A program made the translations under genes and the position numbers. From positions 278,840 to 342,839 of the forward strand of contig CALJES010000012.1 of NCBI GenBank assembly GCA_938074205.1: 64,000 nt of DNA. The letters run 5' to 3'. This DNA comes from an uncultured bacterium. GTDB taxonomy: Bacteria > Armatimonadota > UBA5829. Below the pieces are notes generated by a model. The model made no database searches. It was not told the DNA's origin and saw only the letters and a program-made list of their open reading frames with translations. Shown here piece by piece: positions 32,249 to 42,047 of this stretch; positions within the stretch are counted from its first letter, which is position 1; every line of letters begins with the position of its first letter.

Positions 32249-34537
32249 ATGGAGAAACAGTCAATGCTCAAGGGAGTAGCACGCGCGGATGGGAGTGATT
32301 TCCCTGAAGACAGATACACTGCTATAGTGGCGCTATCGCATCTTTCTGAGAGGTTGGCTTCCGTAGAGTCGAAAAAGGCTTTCGTCATAGCTGCAGAAAC
32401 GGCCGCCACCTTGCTCCGAATGTCTTCTGTGCTCATATTTACAAAGGAAACCGACGGCCGGCTTGAGCTCCAGGCAGTGTATGCTGATTCGGCATCTGAA
32501 GAACTGGTCAGCGCATCGGGCAAAATAGCTCAGGAAGCGCTGAGTGTCAGCTCGCCGCTTTTGATTCCCAACACCGCGGCAACATCTTCTACTGCCGCGA
32601 AAATTATCCAGCGCAACGGGGTAGCGTCCTTGATATGTGTGCCAATGAGAATCGGCGGAACGGCATTGGGGGCGATCGTATGCCTTTCCGAGCAGGTCCG
32701 CAGTTTTTCACCGAGAGACATCGAACTCTTACACGTGATCGCATCTCATGCTGCCATAGCGGCGATGCGAACGAGAGCAGGCACCGAACGGCAGACACTA
32801 CCCAGCAGCGATGATCTTCTGGCGCTTGCGGACAGAAAGATTCGAGAGCTCTCGCTTCTCAACCAAATAAGCGAGGCAATGAACTCCACGTTGGAGCTCG
32901 ATGCGGTGCTCGACATCGCTTTGGAAGAATGCCTCGCGGCGATAGACGCCGACGCCGGCTCGCTGATGTTGATAAACGAGGATACGGGCAAGCTTGAGAT
33001 CGCGGCGTCGCGTGGTCTGCCGGAGGAACTGGTCGAGTCTACCTCGCAGGAGATCGGGCAGAGTATTGCCGGCTGGGTGGCTGAGCACGGTGAGAGCGTT
33101 CTCGTTACGGACGCACGCAATGACGACCGTTTTGAGATGCCATTCTATCGCGATGCCATCACTTCGTCCGCCTCGGTGCCGCTGAAGTCCAGAAACGGCT
33201 GCATTGGCGTGCTCAACGTTAACACTACGCGGCCTGATCGGATCTTCGACGAACGCGACCTCCAGTTTCTACAGACTATAGCAAACCAAATGGCTGCTGC
33301 TATCCAGAACGCCAGACTCTACACGCGCGTTCGCCGACGAACCCAACAACTCGACGGCTTGCTGAGGGTTTCGCGCAGCGTGACCTCCACGCTGAGCTTG
33401 GAAGATCGCTTGAAGCTCTTGAGCGAGGAAATGTGTAAGCTGCTGGAGTTTGATGTCTGCGTGATATTCCTAGTGGACGAAATTACAGGCAGGCTGCGGC
33501 ACGGAGTCGGCAGAGGGCTGAGAACGCGCTACAGATTCACCTACTATAACTTAGCAAATCCTCTGGCCCAGAAGGTTCTCAAAACGCGCAGAACGGTGTA
33601 TTTGAAGGATATCAATTCTTCGCCCACTGCGGCAAGCGATGTGTCGAAATCGGAGCGATTGACGTGTGCATTGGGACTGCCGCTGAGGAGCAATGGGAGG
33701 ATAGTAGCTGTTGCAACGCTTTTCGCTCGGGCTCCGCAAGAGCTACCACCGTCCAGACGTGCAGCATTGAAAATGCTAGCCGACTTGGCGGGCGTTGCCA
33801 TACACAACGCTTTGGCATATCAAAATAAGTATAGAGTGGCTTCATTGGTTCAAAGCAGGTTGGTACCCGCCGACGCCCCGACGGTTGACGGGCTCGAGAT
33901 AGGGCATAAGTTCTTCTCGGTGCGCGAGGTGGGCGGCGATTACTACGATTTCATTGTGCTTAATGATCGGCAGATCGGGATTGTAGTCGCCGATGTTTCG
34001 GGAAGCGATGTAGAAGCTGCCGAACACACCGCCATGAGCAGGCATGTTATACGTGCCTACGCACGGGAGTTTCCGCGTCCCGCTGATGTGCTCTATAAGA
34101 CGAACAACGTTATTTGCGAACTGACAAGTGCCGAGACGTTCGTAAGTGCATTCTACTGTGTAATCGACTTGGGTCGCGAGTGCTTCACGCACGCCAACGC
34201 CGGCTGTGAACCCCCGCTTCTCTACTGCGCAGCTCACGGAAACGTTCGGGACCTGCACACAAGCGGTGTTCTGCTCGGAGTAGCTGCAGGAATGCAATAC
34301 GCGGAGCAAGAGGTGTCCTTCAGATCTAAAGACGTTCTTGTCGCGTTCACCGACGGTGTAACTGAAGCATCCTGTGGTAATTCTCGTTTTGGAACGGACG
34401 CAGTGAAGCGCGTATTGTCGGCTAACGCTCATCTGGGTGCCCAGGCGATCGCGGACAAGCTCTTCGACGCTATTATGGAGTTTACCAACGGCAAGGTTTC
34501 CGATGACGTAGCGGTAGTCGTGGCAAAACGAGTGTAG
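32249..34537 (+). CDS. Multi-GAF-domain PP2C-type serine phosphatase (SpoIIE/RsbU family).
   Basis: The 762-aa product has 3 or more GAF-like segments. The C-terminal PP2C/SpoIIE domain carries 'GGDYYDF', 'VADVSG' and 'FTDGVTEA'. Confidence 0.75.
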   Translation: MEKQSMLKGVARADGSDFPEDRYTAIVALSHLSERLASVESKKAFVIAAETAATLLRMSSVLIFTKETDGRLELQAVYADSASEELVSASGKIAQEALSVSSPLLIPNTAATSSTAAKIIQRNGVASLICVPMRIGGTALGAIVCLSEQVRSFSPRDIELLHVIASHAAIAAMRTRAGTERQTLPSSDDLLALADRKIRELSLLNQISEAMNSTLELDAVLDIALEECLAAIDADAGSLMLINEDTGKLEIAASRGLPEELVESTSQEIGQSIAGWVAEHGESVLVTDARNDDRFEMPFYRDAITSSASVPLKSRNGCIGVLNVNTTRPDRIFDERDLQFLQTIANQMAAAIQNARLYTRVRRRTQQLDGLLRVSRSVTSTLSLEDRLKLLSEEMCKLLEFDVCVIFLVDEITGRLRHGVGRGLRTRYRFTYYNLANPLAQKVLKTRRTVYLKDINSSPTAASDVSKSERLTCALGLPLRSNGRIVAVATLFARAPQELPPSRRAALKMLADLAGVAIHNALAYQNKYRVASLVQSRLVPADAPTVDGLEIGHKFFSVREVGGDYYDFIVLNDRQIGIVVADVSGSDVEAAEHTAMSRHVIRAYAREFPRPADVLYKTNNVICELTSAETFVSAFYCVIDLGRECFTHANAGCEPPLLYCAAHGNVRDLHTSGVLLGVAAGMQYAEQEVSFRSKDVLVAFTDGVTEASCGNSRFGTDAVKRVLSANAHLGAQAIADKLFDAIMEFTNGKVSDDVAVVVAKRV

Positions 34538-34659
34538 TATTGAGGCTGCCACTCGCTTGGCAGTGAGTGTTACCCATAGAGCAGCGCGCAATACCTGCCA
34601 AAAATTAATAATGGATGTAAGGGGACGAGCACGTCCCTTAGTTTGAGGAGTGCAGTAGG

Positions 34660-35064
34660 TTGAGGCAAGGTGAGAGTATTCATTTGGAAATTCCCAGCTC
34701 ACCGGAGTACGTTGCTGTTGTCAGACGCGCTATTGAGGGAATCGCACAAAGAATGCATTTCAACGCAGCTCAGATTGAAGACTTGAAGGTAGCTGTAGGC
34801 GAAGCCTGCGCAAACGCGATTCTGCATGGGTGTCCGCGGTCTGAAGAAAACAATGTAGAAGTGCATTGTGAAGTACGCGCTGACGGTTTGCTTGTCGAAG
34901 TGAGAAACACCGTGGAAGGTCAATGCCGTCCGCACATACCAGCAAAGCCCGAGTTAAACCGCGAAGGAGGGCTGGGGCTCTATATCATTAACCAGCTTAT
35001 GGATGAAGTGCAGTTCACCTGGACCAACAGGACCGCAGTGCTACGTATGCTCAAGCGCCTGTGA
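34660..35064 (+). CDS. Anti-sigma regulatory factor/serine-protein kinase (RsbW/SpoIIAB-like, GHKL ATPase).
   Basis: The 134-aa HATPase_c domain has 'VGEACANAILHG' (N-box) and 'GGLGLYII' (G-box). Confidence 0.7.
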   Translation: MRQGESIHLEIPSSPEYVAVVRRAIEGIAQRMHFNAAQIEDLKVAVGEACANAILHGCPRSEENNVEVHCEVRADGLLVEVRNTVEGQCRPHIPAKPELNREGGLGLYIINQLMDEVQFTWTNRTAVLRMLKRL

Positions 35065-36477
35065 ATCTTTTGTTTCCGCTAGGATCTGGCGAGCCTTTTC
35101 GATCTGCCGTCTGACCTCCGCAGGAGCTGTTCCGCCATAGCAAGATCTACGATTCACACTGGAGTCCAGGGTTATCTCTTGTAAGGCGCTCGGTGCAGCA
35201 TTCGGCGCAAAGCGTCTTATTTCCTCGATCGAAAGGTTGGCAAGCTCCTTGCCGTTTTCTATACACCATGCCACCAGCTTGCCTACTTGCTCATGCGCTG
35301 TTCGGAAGGGAACTCCCTGGCGCACGAGATGCTCCGCCAGATCAGTCGCCGTGAGAAATCCTTGCAGTGCGGCTTGTCGCATTCGCTTGACGTTAAATCT
35401 AGCTGTACTGAGCATAAGCGCGAACGCCTGCACAGCGCCTGATACGGTATCCACGGTGTCGAACAGCGGTTCTTTATCCTCTTGCAGGTCCCTATTATAA
35501 GCCAAAGGCAGCCCCTTCTGCATACTCAAAAGGTTAACCGTGTTTCCTATCACCCTTGCGCACTTACCGCGAATGAGCTCTGCAACATCCGGGTTCTTCT
35601 TTTGAGGCATGAGCGATGAACCGGTTGCTACGGAGTCGTCTAGCTCTATGAAGCCGAATTCCTGTGTGTTCCAGACGATTATCTCTTCTGAAAAGCGTGA
35701 GAGGTGCGTCATCAAGATTGCGCAATCAGCTGCGAACTCGGCTGCAAAGTCCCTGTCTGAAACCGCGTCAATGCTGTTTTCGGATATGCTATCGAAACCA
35801 AGCTCACGTGCGACGAAATCGCGATCAATTGGCAGAGTAGTGCCAGCAAGGGCGCCAGAACCCAAGGGGCAGACGTTAACACGCTCAGCACAACTTGCCA
35901 ACCTTGCCTTGTCGCGCTCCAGCATCCAAAACCACGACATCAAGAGGTGCCCGAGGGTAATCGGCTGCGCATGCTGGAGATGTGTAAAGCCGGGCATTAT
36001 CGACTCCGCATGTTCCTGAGCTTTGTCAAGTATCACACTCTGCAAGTCTACCAGCGAGGAGAGAATGCCAGAGATCTGCTGTCTAAGGAAAAGCCTAATA
36101 TCTAAACAGACCTGATCGTTTCGGCTTCGGGCGGTGTGCAGCTTGCCGGCGGCCTCGCCGATTTTCTCAAAAAGGAGCCTTTCAACGTTCATATGAACGT
36201 CTTCAGCCGACGGATCAAACTCGACTTTCCCAGCCCTAGCATCTGCCAGGATGGCTTCTAATCCCTGAACGATTTTTTCTACTTCCTCTTGGCTTATAAT
36301 CCCGCACTTGCCGAGCATTTTCGCATGTGCGATTGACCCAGTTATGTCATGTTCTAGAAGACGGTAATCAAAACTGATGGACTGTGTAAACTGCTCCACC
36401 AGCTTGTCAGTTGACTTCGAAAACCGTCCGGACCAAGCCTTGCCTATCAACCCTGAGTTCTCCTTACGATCTGCCAC
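35041..36477 (-). CDS. argH: Argininosuccinate lyase.
   Basis: The fumarate-lyase signature 'GSSLMPQKKNPD' is present, with the N-terminal 'WSGRFSKSTD'. Confidence 0.9.
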   Translation of the reverse strand: MADRKENSGLIGKAWSGRFSKSTDKLVEQFTQSISFDYRLLEHDITGSIAHAKMLGKCGIISQEEVEKIVQGLEAILADARAGKVEFDPSAEDVHMNVERLLFEKIGEAAGKLHTARSRNDQVCLDIRLFLRQQISGILSSLVDLQSVILDKAQEHAESIMPGFTHLQHAQPITLGHLLMSWFWMLERDKARLASCAERVNVCPLGSGALAGTTLPIDRDFVARELGFDSISENSIDAVSDRDFAAEFAADCAILMTHLSRFSEEIIVWNTQEFGFIELDDSVATGSSLMPQKKNPDVAELIRGKCARVIGNTVNLLSMQKGLPLAYNRDLQEDKEPLFDTVDTVSGAVQAFALMLSTARFNVKRMRQAALQGFLTATDLAEHLVRQGVPFRTAHEQVGKLVAWCIENGKELANLSIEEIRRFAPNAAPSALQEITLDSSVNRRSCYGGTAPAEVRRQIEKARQILAETKDSQALEHT

Positions 36478-37643
36478 ATCCGCGCCTGCATCCCATGCGT
36501 TTTGACAATGCCTACGGCTTCAGACTGGTCAAACGTCTTTGAATCAAATGACGCTAAGTCCTCGTTGTAGAGGGCATATGGAGAACTGCGACCTATTACC
36601 GTGCAGCTGCCCTTATAGAGTCTAAGGTGAACGGTGCCCCTAACACGTGGCTGGATGTTGTTGATGAACGCTTCCAGGTCTTCCTTGAACGGGTCGTACC
36701 AAAGTCCCGCGTAAGCAAGCTCTCCCCATTTTTGATCGACCACTGCTTTGAAAGCCCTTTCTTCCTTAGTGCATACTAGAGCCTCCAGTGCTTGGTGGGC
36801 CGGAATAATCACCTTGGCTGCAGGGCATTCGTAGTTCTCTCGAACCTTTAGGCCGATTAGCCGGTCTTCCATAATGTCTATCCGGCCAACGCCGTTTGCC
36901 CCTGCTATCTTGTGAACCTCTTGAATCAATTCCAACCCAGGCATTTGTGAGCCGTTTAGAGCTACGGGCACGCCATTTTCAAACTCCAGGGTTATTTCCG
37001 TGGGAGTGTCCGGCGCCTTGCGTGGGTCAACCGTCCACTGGTAAATCTCCTCCGGCGGTGGAAAGTCCGGCTCTTCAAGCCGTCCGCCTTCTATAGATCT
37101 GCCCCAGAGGTTTTCGTCTATGGACCATATCTTCTCTTTAGATTGGCCTATAGGTATGCCTTTCTTTTGAGCGTACTCTATTTCCCAGCTTCGAGTGAGT
37201 GTTCTCTCGCGCATGGGTGCTATTATGGGAGTGTCGGGCATAAACGTGCGCATCACGAACTCGATTCTGAATTGGTCATTGCCCTTTCCCGTGCATCCGT
37301 GACAAAATGCATCAGCACCGATCTTCTGAGCAACCTCCACAGCTTTGAGCGCGATCAGCGGTCTGGCGATAGCCGTGCTTAATGGGTAGCCTTGGTAATC
37401 ACCGTTGGCTTTTATGGCTGGGAAGATGTAGTTTTCAACGAACTCCCGTTTCGCATCGATAGTGTAATGCTCGGTGCCCAGCAGCTTCGCCTTTTCTTCG
37501 GCTTGCTTGAGTTCCTCTGGCGGAAGTCCCACATCTACTGTGACAGTGACTACCCGCTCGAATCCGTAATCTTCCCGCATCATCGGTATGCAAACCGACG
37601 TATCAAGGCCTCCGGAGTACACCAAAACAACTGTTTTCGGCAT
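36447..37643 (-). CDS. argG: Argininosuccinate synthase.
   Basis: The N-terminus reads 'VVLVYSGGLDTSVCIPMM', and the body has the ArgG signature. Confidence 0.9.
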   Translation of the reverse strand: MPKTVVLVYSGGLDTSVCIPMMREDYGFERVVTVTVDVGLPPEELKQAEEKAKLLGTEHYTIDAKREFVENYIFPAIKANGDYQGYPLSTAIARPLIALKAVEVAQKIGADAFCHGCTGKGNDQFRIEFVMRTFMPDTPIIAPMRERTLTRSWEIEYAQKKGIPIGQSKEKIWSIDENLWGRSIEGGRLEEPDFPPPEEIYQWTVDPRKAPDTPTEITLEFENGVPVALNGSQMPGLELIQEVHKIAGANGVGRIDIMEDRLIGLKVRENYECPAAKVIIPAHQALEALVCTKEERAFKAVVDQKWGELAYAGLWYDPFKEDLEAFINNIQPRVRGTVHLRLYKGSCTVIGRSSPYALYNEDLASFDSKTFDQSEAVGIVKTHGMQARMWQIVRRTQG

Positions 37644-37678
37644 TTTGCTGGCTCCTATTCTGATTCCCTAGTTATTGT

Positions 37679-39085
37679 TTACGTTTGCGACAGGAGAACC
37701 ATAACAGCTTTCTGCACGTGCAGCCTGTTCTCAGCTTCATCGAACACTATGCTCTGCGGCGAATCGATAACATCATCCGTTACTTCGGACCCACGATGCG
37801 CCGGTAAGCAATGCATAAATACGGCATCCGGCTTCGCAAGCTTCATCAGCTCAGCATTGACCTGATATGGTGCAAAGATCTTTGCGCGTTCTTCAGCTTC
37901 GTATTCTTGTCCCATGCTTGCCCAGACGTCCGTGTATACAACATCCGCATCCGCAACTGCTTCTTTCGGATCTCGGATCACCTCGATTGTCGCGTTCGTT
38001 TCTGCTGCATCTTTACGAGCTTGTTCAACTATGTTAGTGTTGGGCTCGTAACCCTCCGGACAGGCTATGGTGAAATTTGTACCCACCTTTGCCGCAAGCA
38101 ACATCAAAGAGTGCGCTACGTTGTTACCGTCTCCCACAAAGACCACTTTAAGCCCCTGCAGAGTACCCTTTTTCTCGATAATTGTAAAGAAATCTGCCAG
38201 CGCTTGACACGGATGTTCGAGATCGGAAAGGCCGTTTATTACCGGAACACTCGCATGCTCGGCCAGCTCAACGACCGTGTTGTGCGCAAAAGTCCTCGCC
38301 ATTATGAGATCACACATTCGATCCAATGTGCGCGCCGCATCGGCTATGGACTCTCTCTTACCCAACTGAATATCGGAAGGCGCAAGATAGATCGCGTGCC
38401 CACCTAGTTGCGTCATTCCTGCTTCGAAAGACACCCGAGTGCGGAGGCTCGGCTTCTCAAATATCATCGCCAAGTTCTTCCCAGCTAGCAGCTGGCGCTG
38501 CTCTTCTGCTGGCACGTCACACTTGAGCCTGCGTGCCATATCGAAGACAGCCTCGATGTTTGAACGATCCAGCGAAGAAATGCTGATAAGGTCTTGGCCT
38601 GATAGTTTCTTTGATGGGTTACCAGCCACAAAATCCGACGAGGCCGTTCCCGCGTTTTGCTGCAGTTTGGCAACCGCATCTCTCGTTTTCTGGAGATCTA
38701 TGCCCATGGAGGCAAGAACCTTTGCAGCAATTCCTTCAGCTTCGCCAATCAGACCCAAAAGCAGGTGTTCCGTCCCGATAAAGTCGTTCATCATGCGCCG
38801 CGCCTCGTTATACGCAATGTCGATAGCACGCTTCGCACGCGGTGTGAGCTGTATATCTTCCCCCAGGCAAGACTCCCTATCTGCTATGTACTCTTCGATC
38901 TTCGAACGGACGTCGGCCGGATCCGCGGACATAGCTAGAAGCGCCCGACAAGCCAGACAGTTTTCGGCGCGTAGAATACCCAGCAGCAGGTGCTCTGTCG
39001 ACACGTGGCTCTCACCGTGTTTGCCGGCTTCCTCTGTGGCAAAGAATACTACCCGCCTTGCATCCTGAGTGAATCGCTGCCACAT
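37679..39085 (-). CDS. argF: Ornithine carbamoyltransferase fused to an N-terminal Clp_N (ClpA/ClpB N-domain) repeat domain.
   Basis: The C-terminal roughly 310 aa carry OTC motifs 'STRTRVSFE', 'HCLPA' and 'DVWASMG'. The N-terminal roughly 150 aa, 'RFTQDARRVVFFATEEAGKHGESHVSTEHLLLGILR...IGTEHLLLGLI', form a double Clp_N repeat. Confidence 0.8.
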   Translation of the reverse strand: MWQRFTQDARRVVFFATEEAGKHGESHVSTEHLLLGILRAENCLACRALLAMSADPADVRSKIEEYIADRESCLGEDIQLTPRAKRAIDIAYNEARRMMNDFIGTEHLLLGLIGEAEGIAAKVLASMGIDLQKTRDAVAKLQQNAGTASSDFVAGNPSKKLSGQDLISISSLDRSNIEAVFDMARRLKCDVPAEEQRQLLAGKNLAMIFEKPSLRTRVSFEAGMTQLGGHAIYLAPSDIQLGKRESIADAARTLDRMCDLIMARTFAHNTVVELAEHASVPVINGLSDLEHPCQALADFFTIIEKKGTLQGLKVVFVGDGNNVAHSLMLLAAKVGTNFTIACPEGYEPNTNIVEQARKDAAETNATIEVIRDPKEAVADADVVYTDVWASMGQEYEAEERAKIFAPYQVNAELMKLAKPDAVFMHCLPAHRGSEVTDDVIDSPQSIVFDEAENRLHVQKAVMVLLSQT

Positions 39086-39133
39086 TATTTGTTCCTCCCG
39101 CTTTATTCTGACGTCTCGACCGACCTGCGGATA

Positions 39134-40327
39134 TCACAGGCATTCCCAAAGAATTGCCACGGCTCGATCAACGAGTTCCGTCGTAATTGTCAGCGGCGGT
39201 ACGAACCGGAGAACGTGTTCCCCTATCGAGTTGACGATCAACCCCTTCTCAAGAGCGCAAGTCGCGACCGACTTCGCCTTCGGCTCGTCAAACTCTACCG
39301 CAATCATCAATCCGAGCCCTCGCACTTCTCGGATTCCAGGGAGATGGGACAACTGCTCTCTGAAGTGCGTTCCGACTCTTTCAGCGTTAGCAACCCAGCC
39401 TCCATCCTTGATCTCGCGCACAGCGGCGAGCGCTGCAGCGCAAGCAAGAGGATTGCCCCCGAACGTGCATGCGTGATCGCCAGGTTCAAAGACCTCTGCC
39501 CACTTGTCGCGCGCCAGACAGCATCCGATAGGAAAACCGCCTCCCAATGTCTTAGCCAACGTAAGCACATCGGGCCGAACGCCGTAGTGTTCGAATGCAA
39601 ACATCTTACCTGTGCGACCCAATCCAGTCTGTACCTCGTCGAATATAAGCGCGGCGTTGTACTTGTCGCAGCATTCGCGGGCGGCTATCATAAACTCTCG
39701 ATCGGCTGGATGAACGCCACTCTCGCCCTGAACCGGCTCAAGCATAACGGCGCAAGTGTTTTCATTCACGGCTGCGAGAAGGGACTTCGTATCGTTAAAT
39801 GGCACCGCTTTGAAGCCTGGTATCAGCGGTTCAAAAGGTTTTTGATACTTCGGTTGCGCTGTTGCGGAAACGGCGCCCATGGTTCGGCCATGGAATGATT
39901 GCTCGGCAGTTACTATTTCGAACTTATTTGGATTTCCCGATTTCTTTGCGGCTTTTCGTGCAAGCTTTATAGCCGCTTCATTGGCTTCCGCGCCGGAATT
40001 GCAGAAGAAAGCTCGACTCATGCCGCTTATCTGAGTTAGGATTTCGGCTAGCTTGGGCTGCTGGAGCGTATAGTACAGGTTGCTCGTATGCATAAGTTCG
40101 GAAGCCTGTTCGCAGATTGCCGACACAACTTTGGGATGGCAGTGTCCCAACCCGTTAACAGCTATTCCGGCAACGAGATCTATATATTCCTTGCCTTCGA
40201 CGTCATAGAGGAAGCAGTTATCGCCTCTAACGAAGACAACAGGCATCCGCGCATAGGTGCGCATTACGTACTTGCCGTCGAGTTCAAAAACATCTGTTTC
40301 CTTTAATTGCGGTATGTTCACTTTCAC
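39134..40327 (-). CDS. argD: Acetylornithine aminotransferase (class III PLP aminotransferase).
   Basis: The PLP-lysine region is 'IFDEVQTGLGRTGKMFAFEH', and the gene sits in the arg cluster. Confidence 0.85.
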   Translation of the reverse strand: MKVNIPQLKETDVFELDGKYVMRTYARMPVVFVRGDNCFLYDVEGKEYIDLVAGIAVNGLGHCHPKVVSAICEQASELMHTSNLYYTLQQPKLAEILTQISGMSRAFFCNSGAEANEAAIKLARKAAKKSGNPNKFEIVTAEQSFHGRTMGAVSATAQPKYQKPFEPLIPGFKAVPFNDTKSLLAAVNENTCAVMLEPVQGESGVHPADREFMIAARECCDKYNAALIFDEVQTGLGRTGKMFAFEHYGVRPDVLTLAKTLGGGFPIGCCLARDKWAEVFEPGDHACTFGGNPLACAAALAAVREIKDGGWVANAERVGTHFREQLSHLPGIREVRGLGLMIAVEFDEPKAKSVATCALEKGLIVNSIGEHVLRFVPPLTITTELVDRAVAILWECL

Positions 40328-40346
40328 TCCCTAGCTGCTGTGAACC

Positions 40347-41207
40347 CTATGGAACGATCATCGTTCCTATTCCTGTGTCGGTGAATATTTCAACTAAAAG
40401 AGCATGAGGAGCTGTGCCGTCGATGATGTGCGCCCGCTCAACGGATCCCGCCAAGGCGGTTATGCAAGCCTCGACCTTGGGGATCATGCCCTTGTCGATC
40501 TGCTTGGAGTCTATCATCCGCCGAGCCTGTTCTACTGTAAGTTCAGAAATCAGTGTCGACTTGTCCGAAAAGTCGCGGTAGATTCCCGGAACGTCCGTCA
40601 TCATGATCAGCTTGGTCGCTCCGATAGCTGCTGCTATCTCGCCAGCGATGTGGTCCGCATTCACGTTAAAGCTTTCGCCGCCTGGGCCGATCGCTACTGA
40701 GGAGATTACTGGTATGTACCCGTGGTCCATTAGATCAAGAAGTATTGACGGGTTTATCTTGGCCACTTCACCGACATAGCCGAGATCCACATCCCGCTCG
40801 GCTTTGTCTGCAACTATCAAATTTGCATCCTTGCCCGAAAGTCCGACCGCCTTTCCACCCACGTTGTTGATTATAGATACGATGCCCTTGTTAGTCTTGC
40901 CGGCAAGGACCATTTCCACGATTTCCATAGTCTCCGCGTCGGTTACGCGAAGGCCGTTTACGAACTCCGGCTTTTTGCCAAGTTTGTGCATCAGTGCGCT
41001 GATCTCAGGTCCACCGCCGTGCACCAGGATCGGCTTCATGCCGACGTAGTGCATAAGTACGATGTCTCGGCAGACTGAGCGTTTGAGCTCCTCGTCGATC
41101 ATGGCGTTGCCGCCATATTTGATGACAATTATCTTGCCATAATAGCGCTGAATATAAGGCAGTGCTTGAACAAGGATGTTGGCTTCTGCACTGGTGTAAC
41201 TCATCAT
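40347..41207 (-). CDS. argB: Acetylglutamate kinase.
   Basis: The amino-acid-kinase motifs 'IVIKYGGNAM' and 'LVHGGGPEI' are present. Confidence 0.9.
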   Translation of the reverse strand: MMSYTSAEANILVQALPYIQRYYGKIIVIKYGGNAMIDEELKRSVCRDIVLMHYVGMKPILVHGGGPEISALMHKLGKKPEFVNGLRVTDAETMEIVEMVLAGKTNKGIVSIINNVGGKAVGLSGKDANLIVADKAERDVDLGYVGEVAKINPSILLDLMDHGYIPVISSVAIGPGGESFNVNADHIAGEIAAAIGATKLIMMTDVPGIYRDFSDKSTLISELTVEQARRMIDSKQIDKGMIPKVEACITALAGSVERAHIIDGTAPHALLVEIFTDTGIGTMIVP

Positions 41208-41317
41208 GTGGAACTATCCAGGTGTCGAGTTGTTGGGACATACCATTCTAAGCGGTACGATAGGGATCGTCAAGGACACGGTCGCGCTTCCGGCTACACC
41301 AGCTGCTACCAGCTGCA

Positions 41318-41899
41318 TCATTCCAGGGCTTCGAATGCTGCTGTATAAGCATAGAACGTCTTGTTGTCGAAAAGCACGAAACGTACGAGTTGAATGCCGT
41401 CTCGGTTCCGTACGAAATCAGCAACTGTCGAGATCGCTATCTGAGCAGCTTCTTCTACCGGATATCGGTAGGCTCCGCAGCTTATAGCAGGGAACGCTAT
41501 GGACTTTATCCCATTTTCCAAAGCTATTTCCAAACTGCGTCGATAACAGCTTGCCAGGAGTTCTGGCTCGCCGTGTTTGCCGTCGCGATAGACCGGTCCC
41601 ACTGCGTGAATTACCCACTTCGCCTTCAGATTACCGCCGGTAGTGATCTTGGCGTCGCCGGTCTCGCAGCCGCCGAGTTTGCGGCATTCTTCCAGTATGG
41701 CAGGTCCTCCTGCGCGGTGTATGGCTCCGTCCACACCTCCGCCGCCCAGAAGCGTCTTATTCGCGGCATTCACAATGGCTTCGGTGTCCTGCTGCGTTAT
41801 GTCACCTTGGATTAGCTCTATCGCGCAGTCTCCTATCTGCTTTCTCATAGGGCCAACCTCCATCTCACGATACAGATTTTGTATGCTGAGCTCTACCAA
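41318..41899 (-). CDS. Macro domain protein (ADP-ribose/O-acetyl-ADP-ribose processing, YmdB-like).
   Basis: Motifs 'IELIQGDITQQDTEAIVNAAN' and 'GGGGVDGAIHRAGG' are present. Confidence 0.8.
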   Translation of the reverse strand: MVELSIQNLYREMEVGPMRKQIGDCAIELIQGDITQQDTEAIVNAANKTLLGGGGVDGAIHRAGGPAILEECRKLGGCETGDAKITTGGNLKAKWVIHAVGPVYRDGKHGEPELLASCYRRSLEIALENGIKSIAFPAISCGAYRYPVEEAAQIAISTVADFVRNRDGIQLVRFVLFDNKTFYAYTAAFEALE

Positions 41900-42047
41900 G
41901 CCAAAGTGCAGTCCCTTCGGCTGCTACCTCTGCAATTATATCATCGCCGTCCGCACAGGGTTTGCTGAGATGCCTTGGGCAGTGATATCATTCCCCTGCA
42001 CAATGGGGATAAACACTCGGTAGAGTCACTGTGGAGGAAACAGCCAA

